IMG/VR virus record: IMGVR_UViG_3300032236_000552
Coordinates: 35,865-99,864 of that record
DNA: 64,000 nt
Origin: a virus
Strand: one strand, 5' to 3'
Under the pieces are notes generated by a model. It was not told where the DNA came from. It did not search any database and worked only from the letters and a program-made list of their open reading frames with translations. Below, one piece after another: positions 45,616 to 54,969 of the stretch. How positions within the stretch are numbered: position 1 is the first letter of the stretch; every line of letters begins with the position of its first letter. Position numbers and translations under genes: made by a program.

Positions 45616-46251
45616 GTATTATGATTAACGACTGGTGGCAGCAGATTATCGTAGGGGCTGTAGTAGCAACAGCAGTGAAATGGTGGTTAAGCAAATGACC
45701 TACGACTTCATGGCTGGGGAGTGGTATGGAGAATGTGGCGCCTGTAAGACGCCTCTCTACGCTCCATCAAAAGGTGCCTATCTACTCCAATACTCCATAC
45801 ACACCCACTCAGATGATTGTCTCGGAGGCTACTAGTGCGGATAGTCAGAAGTACCAACGCCTACTCATTTGACCTAGGTGTCTATCTGATTAACTGGGGG
45901 TATCCGATTGCCCACGAATGGGAAATTGGTATCCACCTCTTCAAATGGAATATAGGATTAGAACTACATCGTAAGAAGGAGGAGCAATGAGCGCATGGCT
46001 TACATGTCTGGATTGTGGAGCAGAAGCGACGGGGGTAGCAGGGTTATCTCTGGCAGAGGAGTACTGTGTATTCTGTCACATGGACAAGGGGACACTAGGC
46101 ACGATTGAGGGCTTTCGTACCGTTACTGAGGAAAAGAAATGAAGAAGATATATAGCAATGAAGTCACGGTGATGTATGGCTTCTCGTGGAAAAGAATTGG
46201 CTTCGGGTTTTCCATCGACCAGACCGCCTTCACTTTTGACTTTTTGATATT

Positions 46252-46728
46252 TTGGCTGGCGGTGGAATGGTGAAGATGAAAGAAGACCAATTCGGGAGAA
46301 AAGACGCCTATCGGGGCGCAAAGCACGAAATCTCGTTACCACTTACCAACACACATCGAGACCCATATACCAAGCGTGAGTACACGAAGCGAGTTGAGGA
46401 ACAACTAAAGGAGAGGAAGGAACGTATGCACGCAGGGGGAATGGCGCCACCCAAGTACGACCTACCTAAGACCGAAACTGAGTTTGGAAAACAACTGACC
46501 GTTTCCGTCACGATGATGGACACACCTGAGACCGAAGCGCTCGTTTTTAATCAGGTGATACAAGATTACCAACAATACAAAGCCGAGAACTTCCCTGACT
46601 TCAAGGGTTTCCCAGAGATTAAGAGCCAGTTGGACCCTATCCAATCGGTCCTCAAGGTCGGATGGTATGTGGTCGTTCCCAACAGGTTCCTTATCGACTC
46701 CAATGAAGAAGAACTCTGGAATAGTTAA
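46252..46728 (+). CDS. Hypothetical protein
   Basis: 158 aa ORF; start uncertain. Confidence 0.6.
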   Translation: MAGGGMVKMKEDQFGRKDAYRGAKHEISLPLTNTHRDPYTKREYTKRVEEQLKERKERMHAGGMAPPKYDLPKTETEFGKQLTVSVTMMDTPETEALVFNQVIQDYQQYKAENFPDFKGFPEIKSQLDPIQSVLKVGWYVVVPNRFLIDSNEEELWNS

Positions 46729-46892
46729 CTCCCCTATATCTGTCATTACTGGAATAATGGACCCATGGATTCTTGGAAGAAGTGCATCAAATGCGACCAC
46801 AGCGTTATCGCTGGGGTGTGTGAGATTGACACGTGCAAGTGCATTTGCGAGACCATAACCCGTGACGAATACTCATCAGATGAGGTCTGGTA

Positions 46893-47180
46893 ATGACACT
46901 AAAGAGCAAAGCCAAGAAGGTTTACGGTCCTTATCCAGATAAGGCTGAGGGCGGTCGTATGAAGATGACCATTTACGACCCAAAGACTGGTAAGAACACT
47001 GGCAGCACTTATGCCGCCCGTTACAAGAAAGAAAAAGAATTAGGTCGCACTCTTCCTAAGACAGAGCAAGTTGACCACAAGAACAACAACAAGAAAGACG
47101 ATAGCGCCAAGAACCTTCAGGTGATGAGTCGTTCTAAGAATATTGCAAAAGGCAACCAACACAGAAAGAAGAAAAAGTAA
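46893..47180 (+). CDS. HNH endonuclease
   Basis: EQVDHKNNNKKDDSAKNLQVMSRSKN. Confidence 0.8.
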   Translation: MTLKSKAKKVYGPYPDKAEGGRMKMTIYDPKTGKNTGSTYAARYKKEKELGRTLPKTEQVDHKNNNKKDDSAKNLQVMSRSKNIAKGNQHRKKKK

Positions 47181-47992
47181 TGGCACTAGGAAATGTAGGA
47201 AACCCAGTTCCACCAGTTACCACTGCACAACCAGGAACAGTAGAGCGTATGCTTGAGGTTGCTAAGTCACAGGTTGGTGTTATCGAGGGTCCAAAGGATA
47301 ACGAAACACTTTACGGCGCTTTTACAGGCGCTAACTTCCAGCCATGGTGCGGCTCACTCATGATGTGGTGTGCAAAGCAGGCTGGCGTAACAATCCCTAA
47401 CACTGTTTACACACCTAACGGTGCAGCAGCATTCAAGAAGGCTGGTAAGTGGGCAGATGCAGCAAATGCTCATCCACAACCAGGCGACTTGATTTACTTC
47501 TCATTTATCCCACACGCACTTCCATCTAGCCCAATTCAACATGTGGGGATTGTCGTAAAGGACAATGGAGACGGCACTGTTACAACCATCGAAGGAAATA
47601 CAACCCCTGACTCAAAGCCAAAGGGTTCTCCTAACAATGGTGGCGAGTGCGCCATGAACGTCCGTGCATACAAGGTCGATAACAAGCGCCACCTCTGGTG
47701 CTCTATCGTCGGTTTTGGACGCCCAGACTACGCAGGTGCCGCAACAGACTCACACCCAGCCACTCCACCTGCCCCTAAAGCGGTCCCACCGTTCCCAGGA
47801 CAGGTTAAGCCAGGCGACAAGGGTGATGCGGTCAAGTTGATTCAACAAGCCCTTGATTTGGACGCTGATGGCGATTACGGCCCTGCTACCAAGAAGGCTA
47901 TCATCGCTATCCAAGACAGCCACGACGCTATCGATTCTAACGGAATCGTCGGTCCTAAGACTTGGGCCGAAATTATGAAGCATTTGGACTAA
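47180..47992 (+). CDS. Endolysin: CHAP domain + peptidoglycan-binding domain
   Basis: QPWCG, PQPGDLIYF, HVGIV, TIEGNT; C-terminal GDKGDAVKLIQQAL...DGDYGPAT...GIVGPKTW. Confidence 0.9.
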   Translation: MALGNVGNPVPPVTTAQPGTVERMLEVAKSQVGVIEGPKDNETLYGAFTGANFQPWCGSLMMWCAKQAGVTIPNTVYTPNGAAAFKKAGKWADAANAHPQPGDLIYFSFIPHALPSSPIQHVGIVVKDNGDGTVTTIEGNTTPDSKPKGSPNNGGECAMNVRAYKVDNKRHLWCSIVGFGRPDYAGAATDSHPATPPAPKAVPPFPGQVKPGDKGDAVKLIQQALDLDADGDYGPATKKAIIAIQDSHDAIDSNGIVGPKTWAEIMKHLD

Positions 47993-48007
47993 TCGGACAT
48001 TGAACAC

Positions 48008-48040
48008 AACCCCTCTAGCCTCTGGTAGGCTAGGGGGGTT
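48008..48040 (+). terminator. Hairpin after endolysin
   Basis: AACCCCTCTAGCCT-loop-AGGCTAGGGGGTT. Confidence 0.6.
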
Positions 48041-48061
48041 CTCACATTACTAGGAGGCAAG

Positions 48062-48634
48062 ATGACGACGATTGCAGCGATTCAGGGTAACGGTTGGGTT
48101 GTTATGGGTGCAGATACCCAAAGCACCGTTTCTGAATATAAGAGACTGAAGATGTCGAATGACAAAGTAATCGACAACAACGGAATCCTTATTGCTGGTT
48201 GCGGCATGGGTCGTGGCATGGATTTGCTACAGAAGGCGTGGAAAGCGCCTCGCCCACGCAAGGCACGTATGACTGTAGATGAACTAGACGCATGGATGGC
48301 AAAGACCTTCATCCCTCAAATGCGTAAGTTGTTTATCGACGGTGGATACGACATGAAGGATGATGGCGAGTACGCACAGCACGAAGGTGCGTTCATTGTC
48401 GCTGTACAGGGCGTTGTGTTCTACATTGACGACGACTACTCATTTGACCGTGAGGCTCGTGGTGTTACTTCGTCAGGTAGCGGTGGAGATTTTGCCGCAG
48501 GTTCTCTGTATAAGAAAGACCTCAGCACACTTGAGAAGGCAAAAAAGGAAATGGCTACTGCCATTGACGCTGCTAGAGAATACGATGTGTACTCTGGTGG
48601 AGAGACTAGGATTTATACACAAGTCGCAAAATAA
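48062..48634 (+). CDS. Ntn-hydrolase, proteasome beta / HslV-like peptidase
   Basis: N-terminal (M)TTIAA, GADTQ, downstream Lys, GSGG, D.YSGG. Confidence 0.8.
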   Translation: MTTIAAIQGNGWVVMGADTQSTVSEYKRLKMSNDKVIDNNGILIAGCGMGRGMDLLQKAWKAPRPRKARMTVDELDAWMAKTFIPQMRKLFIDGGYDMKDDGEYAQHEGAFIVAVQGVVFYIDDDYSFDREARGVTSSGSGGDFAAGSLYKKDLSTLEKAKKEMATAIDAAREYDVYSGGETRIYTQVAK

Positions 48635-48648
48635 GATAGGGTTAATAC

Positions 48649-48954
48649 ATGGAACAACTTTCAAATCGACAAAAGAAAATCGAATTAGGCAAGGCTCGTC
48701 AGTTAGAGACCTTGTTCGCTAAGCGACGCCAAGAAGCAGAAGAGCGCTGGACAAATGCTCAAATCAAGGCTGCAGGGTTTCAATCCGTGCTGGACTATGC
48801 GGTTGACCAATACACGCAGCACAAAGACGAGTTAGAAGAAGAAGTGATTACTAAAACAGAAGAAATGATTAAAGAACGTCAAGAAGAAATAAAGCAGTTT
48901 CTTATGACAGAGAAAGATATCTATTTAGAAAAGATGGGAATACAGGCGGACTAA
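48649..48954 (+). CDS. Coiled-coil hypothetical protein
   Basis: TAGGGT-6nt-ATG, leaderless-like. Confidence 0.65.
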   Translation: MEQLSNRQKKIELGKARQLETLFAKRRQEAEERWTNAQIKAAGFQSVLDYAVDQYTQHKDELEEEVITKTEEMIKERQEEIKQFLMTEKDIYLEKMGIQAD

Positions 48955-48955
48955 T

Positions 48956-49279
48956 ATGAACCCAAGTGATTTTGGATTAGAAGTAACAGTAGAGATTATC
49001 AATCCTGCAGAAGCAGAAGCATACCTAAAGAACAATGCTATGCACCGTAAGATTAAGCAGAAGAAGGTTGATGAATACAAGAACCAGATGGTGGACGGTA
49101 AGTGGCAACTCAATGGTAAGGCTCTTATCTTTGACTCCAACGGTCGTCTACTCAATGGTCAACATCGCCTTAGTGCCGTTGTGCAATCTCAAGTCCCACT
49201 CACCACAGTTGTGATTCGTGGAGTTGACCCATCGGTTCTAGAGACTAATCCTGAAAATGGCGTCATAATTGAGGAATGA
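48956..49279 (+). CDS. ParB-like N-terminal domain protein
   Basis: GRLLNGQHRLSAVV. Confidence 0.7.
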   Translation: MNPSDFGLEVTVEIINPAEAEAYLKNNAMHRKIKQKKVDEYKNQMVDGKWQLNGKALIFDSNGRLLNGQHRLSAVVQSQVPLTTVVIRGVDPSVLETNPENGVIIEE

Positions 49280-49737
49280 GTAAAAACCACGAATTCGAAA
49301 CTGGCTCTAACAAGCGCAGTAAGAAGGCTGTGATTTTTGACCTAGATGGAACACTGGCGGATATAGAGGATTATGAAGCGCTCCACAAAATTGATAGCGA
49401 CGAGTTTCGTGTTGCTGCTCGTCATGCCGAGGCTTATCCACACATTGTGGCTTTGGCAAAAGAGGCGAGAGCCAAAGGACGAGATGTAATCATCCTGACC
49501 GCCAGGTCAGCCCACTATAGGGACGACACCAAAAAGTGGCTTCATGCCCATGACGTCCCTTATGACCAACTCTTTATGCGCCCTATCGATAACCACGAGA
49601 AGGACAAGAAGGTCAAGAAAGAGATTCTGAAAGAAAACGTCTTGCCTAATTTTGAGGTCAAGAAAGCCTACGATGACAAGAAAAAGAATGTTAAAATGTT
49701 CCGTAGTGAAGGCATAGACGCAAAGAGGGTAAATTGA
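49276..49737 (+). CDS. HAD phosphatase (PNKP 3'-phosphatase-like)
   Basis: IFDLDGTL, ILTAR, LFMRP, YDD. Confidence 0.85.
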   Translation: MSKNHEFETGSNKRSKKAVIFDLDGTLADIEDYEALHKIDSDEFRVAARHAEAYPHIVALAKEARAKGRDVIILTARSAHYRDDTKKWLHAHDVPYDQLFMRPIDNHEKDKKVKKEILKENVLPNFEVKKAYDDKKKNVKMFRSEGIDAKRVN

Positions 49738-49878
49738 AGAAGCAAAAGCCACAGTTGGTTCAACCTACTTCGGGGGACTTTCGTCTAAACCAAACTGCAC
49801 CCATATTCAATGACAGGCGCACAAAACGTAATCGTGACCGTTCGACACAATCTCGGCAAGCAATCGAACGGAGTAAAG

Positions 49879-50325
49879 ATGAAAGATAACTTGAAACTTT
49901 TTTATAACATTATTTTCCGCATTATTGCGGCATTCACTGCAAGCGCCCTTGGCGTTATCGGTGCTGGTGCTGTAGCGGGTATCTCAACTATTAAGGCTAT
50001 GAGCGTTGCAGGTATTACTGCCGTTGCTGCTGTTGTTGAGAAGTTGGCTCGTGGATTCATGGATGATGGCAAGTTGACTCTCGATGAGATTAACGCTGCC
50101 TTCTCTGCGATTGACACTCAGGCTAAGACTGCTGCTGACCTTCAGGTTGAAGCACGTCAGGCAGGAACAGACATCACTGTAGGTGCAGACGGAACTATCA
50201 AGGCCGCTGCTCCAGCAGCACCAGCAGATGCTCCAGCAGCAGATGCTCCTGCTCCAGTTGTTGCTGACGGTCCTGCTCCAGTTGCAGTTCCAGCAGAAGC
50301 CGCTACAAACCCAAACTACAACTAA
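49879..50325 (+). CDS. Membrane protein (holin-like) with Ala/Pro tail
   Basis: Hydrophobic helices, DDGKLTLDEI; SD GGAG before ATG 49879. Confidence 0.55.
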   Translation: MKDNLKLFYNIIFRIIAAFTASALGVIGAGAVAGISTIKAMSVAGITAVAAVVEKLARGFMDDGKLTLDEINAAFSAIDTQAKTAADLQVEARQAGTDITVGADGTIKAAAPAAPADAPAADAPAPVVADGPAPVAVPAEAATNPNYN

Positions 50326-50498
50326 TTACCAGTTGAATAAAACCCTGAGCCTTTGAACTGAAGGCCAAAGGGAGTATAGACTCGCTGAAGAGCGTAGCCA
50401 CACGTATCGCAGACATACTTAGGTTCTGCATCGTGGATGCTACGCTCTTTTTCGTAGTTAATGTCGCACTCAATGCAGGCGTACTCATAAATCGGCAT
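50322..50498 (-). CDS. FmdB-family zinc ribbon protein
   Basis: MPIYEYACIEC...CDTCG...FKGSGFYST. Confidence 0.85.
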   Translation of the reverse strand: MPIYEYACIECDINYEKERSIHDAEPKYVCDTCGYALQRVYTPFGLQFKGSGFYSTGN

Positions 50499-50958
50499 TG
50501 TCGTCTTCCGTTTCATCTAGTGGAATACCGTTAACGTATTTCCATCTCCAACTATTACTGTTCTCTGCGGTAATTCTTCTGTGGCAGTTAGCGCATCTAA
50601 CTTCGCCCTTTTTTAACTCTTCTATAATCCTATCAATAGCAATGGTGTCACGTATGGCATGGTTAATGCCAAATTCTTTACCTGTTACGTGGTCAAACTC
50701 TAAAACCAGCAGGTCTGTCTCACCACAGTCTACGCAGGGGTTTTGTGCGTAGAAATCAGCCAGTAATTTACGTATGGCAACTTTTCGGGTCTGCCTAGTG
50801 GTGTATATTTTGTCTTTACGTGGCAATAAGTTCTTTTCGTAATCATCACGTTGATAGATGCTTTGGCAAGGTCTGCAGTAAGGCTGCACCCCACTTGCTC
50901 GCTTTTTGTTGTATTCCGTTAGTGGCTTTGTTTCACCACACATATTGCACGTCTTCAT
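50485..50958 (-). CDS. HNH endonuclease with N-terminal zinc finger
   Basis: CNMCGETK...CRPC; CVDCGE...LEFDH...CANCH; probable start 50958. Confidence 0.85.
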   Translation of the reverse strand: MKTCNMCGETKPLTEYNKKRASGVQPYCRPCQSIYQRDDYEKNLLPRKDKIYTTRQTRKVAIRKLLADFYAQNPCVDCGETDLLVLEFDHVTGKEFGINHAIRDTIAIDRIIEELKKGEVRCANCHRRITAENSNSWRWKYVNGIPLDETEDDNADL

Positions 50959-51128
50959 AGACAGCCTTTCACTCCGTATAGGTATCCCTATGCTTCTGCT
51001 CACAATACCGTGCTAAGGATGCAACCACAAATCGAGTGCCGCAAACCTCGCAGATGTATCTTTTGTCGTAGGCGTCTATGGTCTTATTATGCGCTTACAG
51101 TTACTGAAAAAGGGGGCAAAATTAGAGC

Positions 51129-51296
51129 ATGATTTCTCAACCACAATTTGGCTCACAAGCGATGTCTGCTAGTAAGCAGGCAACTCCTGAGTCTGACAAG
51201 TTTGATGGTCCAGGTGGAATCAACACTCCTGGTGGAGAGAACAAGTTTGCTGCTAATTCAAACGCTCCACTTCCAAAGCCAGGGTTCAGTTCATGA
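51129..51296 (+). CDS. 55-aa protein beginning MISQPQF (leaderless-like)
   Basis: Read by hand; CAAAAT-6nt-ATG; ATGA overlap with next gene. Confidence 0.55.
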   Translation: MISQPQFGSQAMSASKQATPESDKFDGPGGINTPGGENKFAANSNAPLPKPGFSS

Positions 51297-51496
51297 CAAC
51301 CGCAGTTAGCCAAAAAGAGTTAACTGCAGAAGACCGTTGTGACCGTTGCTCCGCTAGAGCGCTTGTTCGTGCAACTTTGACAAATGGTGAACTTTATTTT
51401 TGTGGTCATCACGCAAAAGAAACTGGGTACACACTTTTGATGAAGTCTGTGTCTGTGTATGACCCAGAAGGACTTCTTGATTATGCCGACCGATAG
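51293..51496 (+). CDS. Small actinobacterial-type zinc-binding protein
   Basis: LTAEDRCDRC.A.A...LYFCGHH. Confidence 0.7.
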   Translation: MTTAVSQKELTAEDRCDRCSARALVRATLTNGELYFCGHHAKETGYTLLMKSVSVYDPEGLLDYADR

Positions 51497-51702
51497 AATG
51501 TCAACGCCTCCTACGGCGTTCTCATATCCGTTAACGTCAACGGCGTACTACTACCAAGGACGTCCCACACCTTTTGCTCCCGATTCTTTCTACCAAATAG
51601 GTCATGGCATGTTTGGTGGACCAAATGGAACTTATGGCAGTTATTCTTACGGACCTAATGTCCAACCAGTAGACATGAAAAACGACAGACAGAGGCAAAC
51701 AG

Positions 51703-52041
51703 GTGAGTAATCTTAATTCAGCACAGTTCGACCGAGCATTCGACATTGAAGCACAGCAGACTCGTAAGAAGATGCGTCGTGGTCTTGAGGGCGCTTATGC
51801 AGGAATCGGAAGTAACTACGCTAATTACCCATACATGATTGGCGCTATGGGAACTGGTGGAGATATGACTGCTCACCATGAACAGGGAGAACTTTCTGAG
51901 AACATGGGAGAGACTGCAGAAGACCATGTCAATGAATCAATGGGTGCTGCAACTAATGGTGTTGTAGATACACAAGCAGCGGCTCCAACATCTGATGGTG
52001 GCGGCATTGGTGGAACTATGACTTCAGCGGTGGCAATGTGA
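51703..52041 (+). CDS. Hypothetical protein with N-terminal LNSAQF motif
   Basis: GTG start overlapping upstream ORF. Confidence 0.65.
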   Translation: MSNLNSAQFDRAFDIEAQQTRKKMRRGLEGAYAGIGSNYANYPYMIGAMGTGGDMTAHHEQGELSENMGETAEDHVNESMGAATNGVVDTQAAAPTSDGGGIGGTMTSAVAM

Positions 52042-52259
52042 TGGGAAAGCAACTAAACCGTAAAGTTCTAAAGGTAAACAATCGCAGAAGTGTTAAACAA
52101 GAGTTTACTTTTAATAACAACCTTGGTTACAAATCAAAAGCAGACCCAAGCATCGTTACCTGGGCAAGTCCTGGTAAAGGTATGAATGGTGAGTCTGTGA
52201 ACTCTTCTGGAGACGTTGGTTCACGACAAATTGCGAATAGGAACTGGCGCCCAATCTAA
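52038..52259 (+). CDS. Small basic hypothetical protein
   Basis: Coupled start. Confidence 0.55.
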   Translation: MMGKQLNRKVLKVNNRRSVKQEFTFNNNLGYKSKADPSIVTWASPGKGMNGESVNSSGDVGSRQIANRNWRPI

Positions 52260-52310
52260 ATTGGTACACTGCACTCGTTGAGGGGGCAATAAGCATTCCG
52301 AGGGGAATAC

Positions 52311-54755
52311 TTGACCAGACTACGTTTATACGTAGCACAATTCGTATTACTAGTTAGCGCTCTATATCCGCTATTACTTGCATCACCAGCACACGCTGAT
52401 ACCTACACATTAGACCAGTACAACGCACAGGTTGCTGCTGCTACTGATGCGGTTCAGGCTGCTCAAACAGCGCTTGACTCTGCCAATGCAACTCTTTCTG
52501 CAGACATCACCGCAAAGGCTATTGCTGACCAAGCAGTGGTAGATGGCGCTACCGTAGTAGCACAAGCGCAGGCTGCTTATGACAACAGTTCTATCCCAGT
52601 AGTCTCACAAAATGGTTCTGGTATTCACGTAGATATTTACAACAATACTTACCATACTTTTTCCCCTAACCCATCAACCCTGTGTCGTTCAGACACGTTT
52701 TCTCAGATTGCTGCTAACTGGGGCAATGGTTCCGTTGCTGGGTGTAATAGTGACCGTGTGACCATCCATTACACAGGAACACTTACTGTTCCAACAACAG
52801 GCTCTTATAGGTTCATGAACATAGCCGATGATGGTTTTTATATGACTTTTAATGGTCAGTTGCTTATTAACGATTGGCGTGACAAAGGCTGTGGAGGTTC
52901 TTGGAGCCAGTACGTCACCCTAACTGCAGGAACCCCGTACCCATTTGATGCTTGGTATTACGAAAATGGTGGAGGCGCTTGTTCTACGCTCTACTATGCA
53001 ACACAAGGCACTAACCAGAACGTAGTTCCAGCATCGTGGTTTGGAACAGCAACAACCGCTTACGCTAAAGATGATTCGCTTCTTCCCGCAATTCAAGCAG
53101 CCCAAACCGATGAGACGAACCGTCAAACAGTAGCCGCTCAACTTGCAAACCAGGTGACTGCAGACCAAGCAGCGGTCGATGCTGCTCAAACATCCCTAGA
53201 TGCAGCAAAAGCAGCCCTTGCTGCTATTCCTCCTATGGAGATAGACCCACCCACAAACCTTGTTGCAACGGTAGATAGTGGAAGCGTAACGTTGAGTTGG
53301 AATGCACCTGCTGCAAATCTTATTCCAGAACGGTATGCAGTAATGTGGACTGTTCCTGGTGCTAATGGTTGGGGAGTAGCCTCTACCACAACTTCAATTA
53401 CTTTAGATAAACAACTATTTTCTTCGACAGGTGGTTGGAATCAGGATTACACATTTACGATTCGTTCTGACCACGATACTGCTCGTCTGTATTCTCAATA
53501 CTCAAATCCTGTGACTGTTCATCTGAATGACCCAAATCCACCAGTTGTCGTAGTGATTCCTCCATCGCCATCCGAGACTCCAACATCCACGGTTGAGAGT
53601 CATACCGTTGTTGACGTTCCCACTCCTTCACCTTCCGAGTCTCCGTCTCAAGAAACCACAACACCGCCAGTCCAAGACACAACAACGGTGCAAACACCAA
53701 TACCGTCACCAAGTCCATCACCTACACCAACACCTTCACCAGAGCCGTCAACAGAACCACAACCACAATCGCCGCCTCAAACAGACACATCAACAGCGAC
53801 AACGCCTTCAGAACCACTTAATCCTCCGTCTGATTCTCAAACAGTGACGGTTGATACCACGACTGCTGTTGTTGTGGATACATCGACTGTAACTGTCCAG
53901 CCTCCATCACCTCAACCTTTGCCTCAGCCTGAGCCAGTGACTCCTGTTGTGGCACCCGTAGTTCGTCCAGAGCCTTCTCCAAAGCCCGCTCCAGCGGAAA
54001 CACCCAGTCCTCAACCCGACCCTTCTCCGACACCTGAACCCTCTGCAAGTGCTTCACCTGCGCCAACACCGACGCCAACTGATACCGCATCTCCTAAACC
54101 CGACCCTTCTGCATCGCCCACAGCAAAGCCAACACCAGAACCAAGCCCGACACCACAACCGACCCCATCACCCACGCCAAGCGCTTCAGCCCAACCCGAA
54201 GTGACTCCTTCACCACAGCCCACCCAACCATCGCCAACCCCAGCGCCAACAGCACCAGCACCTGCTCCCGCATCTGCAAACCTCATTCCTGATAATCCTA
54301 ATTCCTTGTCTGACACTACACCAAAAGTTGCCCCTGCAGAAGTTCTAGTCGCTCACGTTCAGGTAGATAAGCCTGGAGTAGAAAACGGCGGAATTGAGTT
54401 CTTTGGAACAAAGAGCGCCCCACAAGTTGTAGGAGAAGATGGAAAGTTAACTCCTCCTGCTCCACCTCCAGGTTCTGGACTACCCATTCCTCCAGAGGCA
54501 ATCACAGTTGCGTCTACCTTTATCGGACAACCAGGTGGAACTACCTTCAACGCACCAGACGTAGCCGTGCCTGTTATCGAAACCCCAGTTACAGGCGCTA
54601 TTGCAGCAGTACCTGGAGTGCAAGCACTAAACCACGCATTCGTCGCTATGGCGAATATCGGAAACGACATGTCTCCTGTTACAAGAAAGAAAGCAAAGAA
54701 AATCTTGGTAGTGACAACCGTCATTGCCGCCGTTCGTAGAAAGTTTGGTAACTAA
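52311..54755 (+). CDS. Exported surface protein: signal peptide, PA14 domain, FN3-like domain, Pro/Ser/Thr stalk
   Basis: AHA signal site; ADDGF...LINDW...WYYENGGGA (PA14); PPTNL...VTLSWNAP (FN3); long PT/PS repeats. Confidence 0.85.
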   Translation: MTRLRLYVAQFVLLVSALYPLLLASPAHADTYTLDQYNAQVAAATDAVQAAQTALDSANATLSADITAKAIADQAVVDGATVVAQAQAAYDNSSIPVVSQNGSGIHVDIYNNTYHTFSPNPSTLCRSDTFSQIAANWGNGSVAGCNSDRVTIHYTGTLTVPTTGSYRFMNIADDGFYMTFNGQLLINDWRDKGCGGSWSQYVTLTAGTPYPFDAWYYENGGGACSTLYYATQGTNQNVVPASWFGTATTAYAKDDSLLPAIQAAQTDETNRQTVAAQLANQVTADQAAVDAAQTSLDAAKAALAAIPPMEIDPPTNLVATVDSGSVTLSWNAPAANLIPERYAVMWTVPGANGWGVASTTTSITLDKQLFSSTGGWNQDYTFTIRSDHDTARLYSQYSNPVTVHLNDPNPPVVVVIPPSPSETPTSTVESHTVVDVPTPSPSESPSQETTTPPVQDTTTVQTPIPSPSPSPTPTPSPEPSTEPQPQSPPQTDTSTATTPSEPLNPPSDSQTVTVDTTTAVVVDTSTVTVQPPSPQPLPQPEPVTPVVAPVVRPEPSPKPAPAETPSPQPDPSPTPEPSASASPAPTPTPTDTASPKPDPSASPTAKPTPEPSPTPQPTPSPTPSASAQPEVTPSPQPTQPSPTPAPTAPAPAPASANLIPDNPNSLSDTTPKVAPAEVLVAHVQVDKPGVENGGIEFFGTKSAPQVVGEDGKLTPPAPPPGSGLPIPPEAITVASTFIGQPGGTTFNAPDVAVPVIETPVTGAIAAVPGVQALNHAFVAMANIGNDMSPVTRKKAKKILVVTTVIAAVRRKFGN

Positions 54756-54934
54756 TGAAGCAATTCTTCAAGGATGTCTCTAAAGACTTCTTCAGCGAAA
54801 TCTGGACCTTTGTAGGTCTATTCTCAGCATGGCTCGTCCTTACGGGAAGCGCCAAGACAGTCATTGGTAAAGTAACTCTTGCGTCATTTATCGTGTGGAT
54901 TCTTACGCTTAGACTGCGTAATCCAAAAGAATAA
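54755..54934 (+). CDS. Small two-helix membrane protein coupled to the PA14 protein
   Basis: Read by hand (59 aa, IWTFVGLFSAWLVLTGSAKTV...). Confidence 0.65.
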   Translation: MKQFFKDVSKDFFSEIWTFVGLFSAWLVLTGSAKTVIGKVTLASFIVWILTLRLRNPKE

Positions 54935-54969
54935 AGAACAATTAGTTACTCACTTTAGGAGACGAATCT

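Noticed and set aside
53560-54300. Pro/Thr/Ser repeats as a DNA repeat element
   Set aside because: Codons vary; explained by the protein stalk
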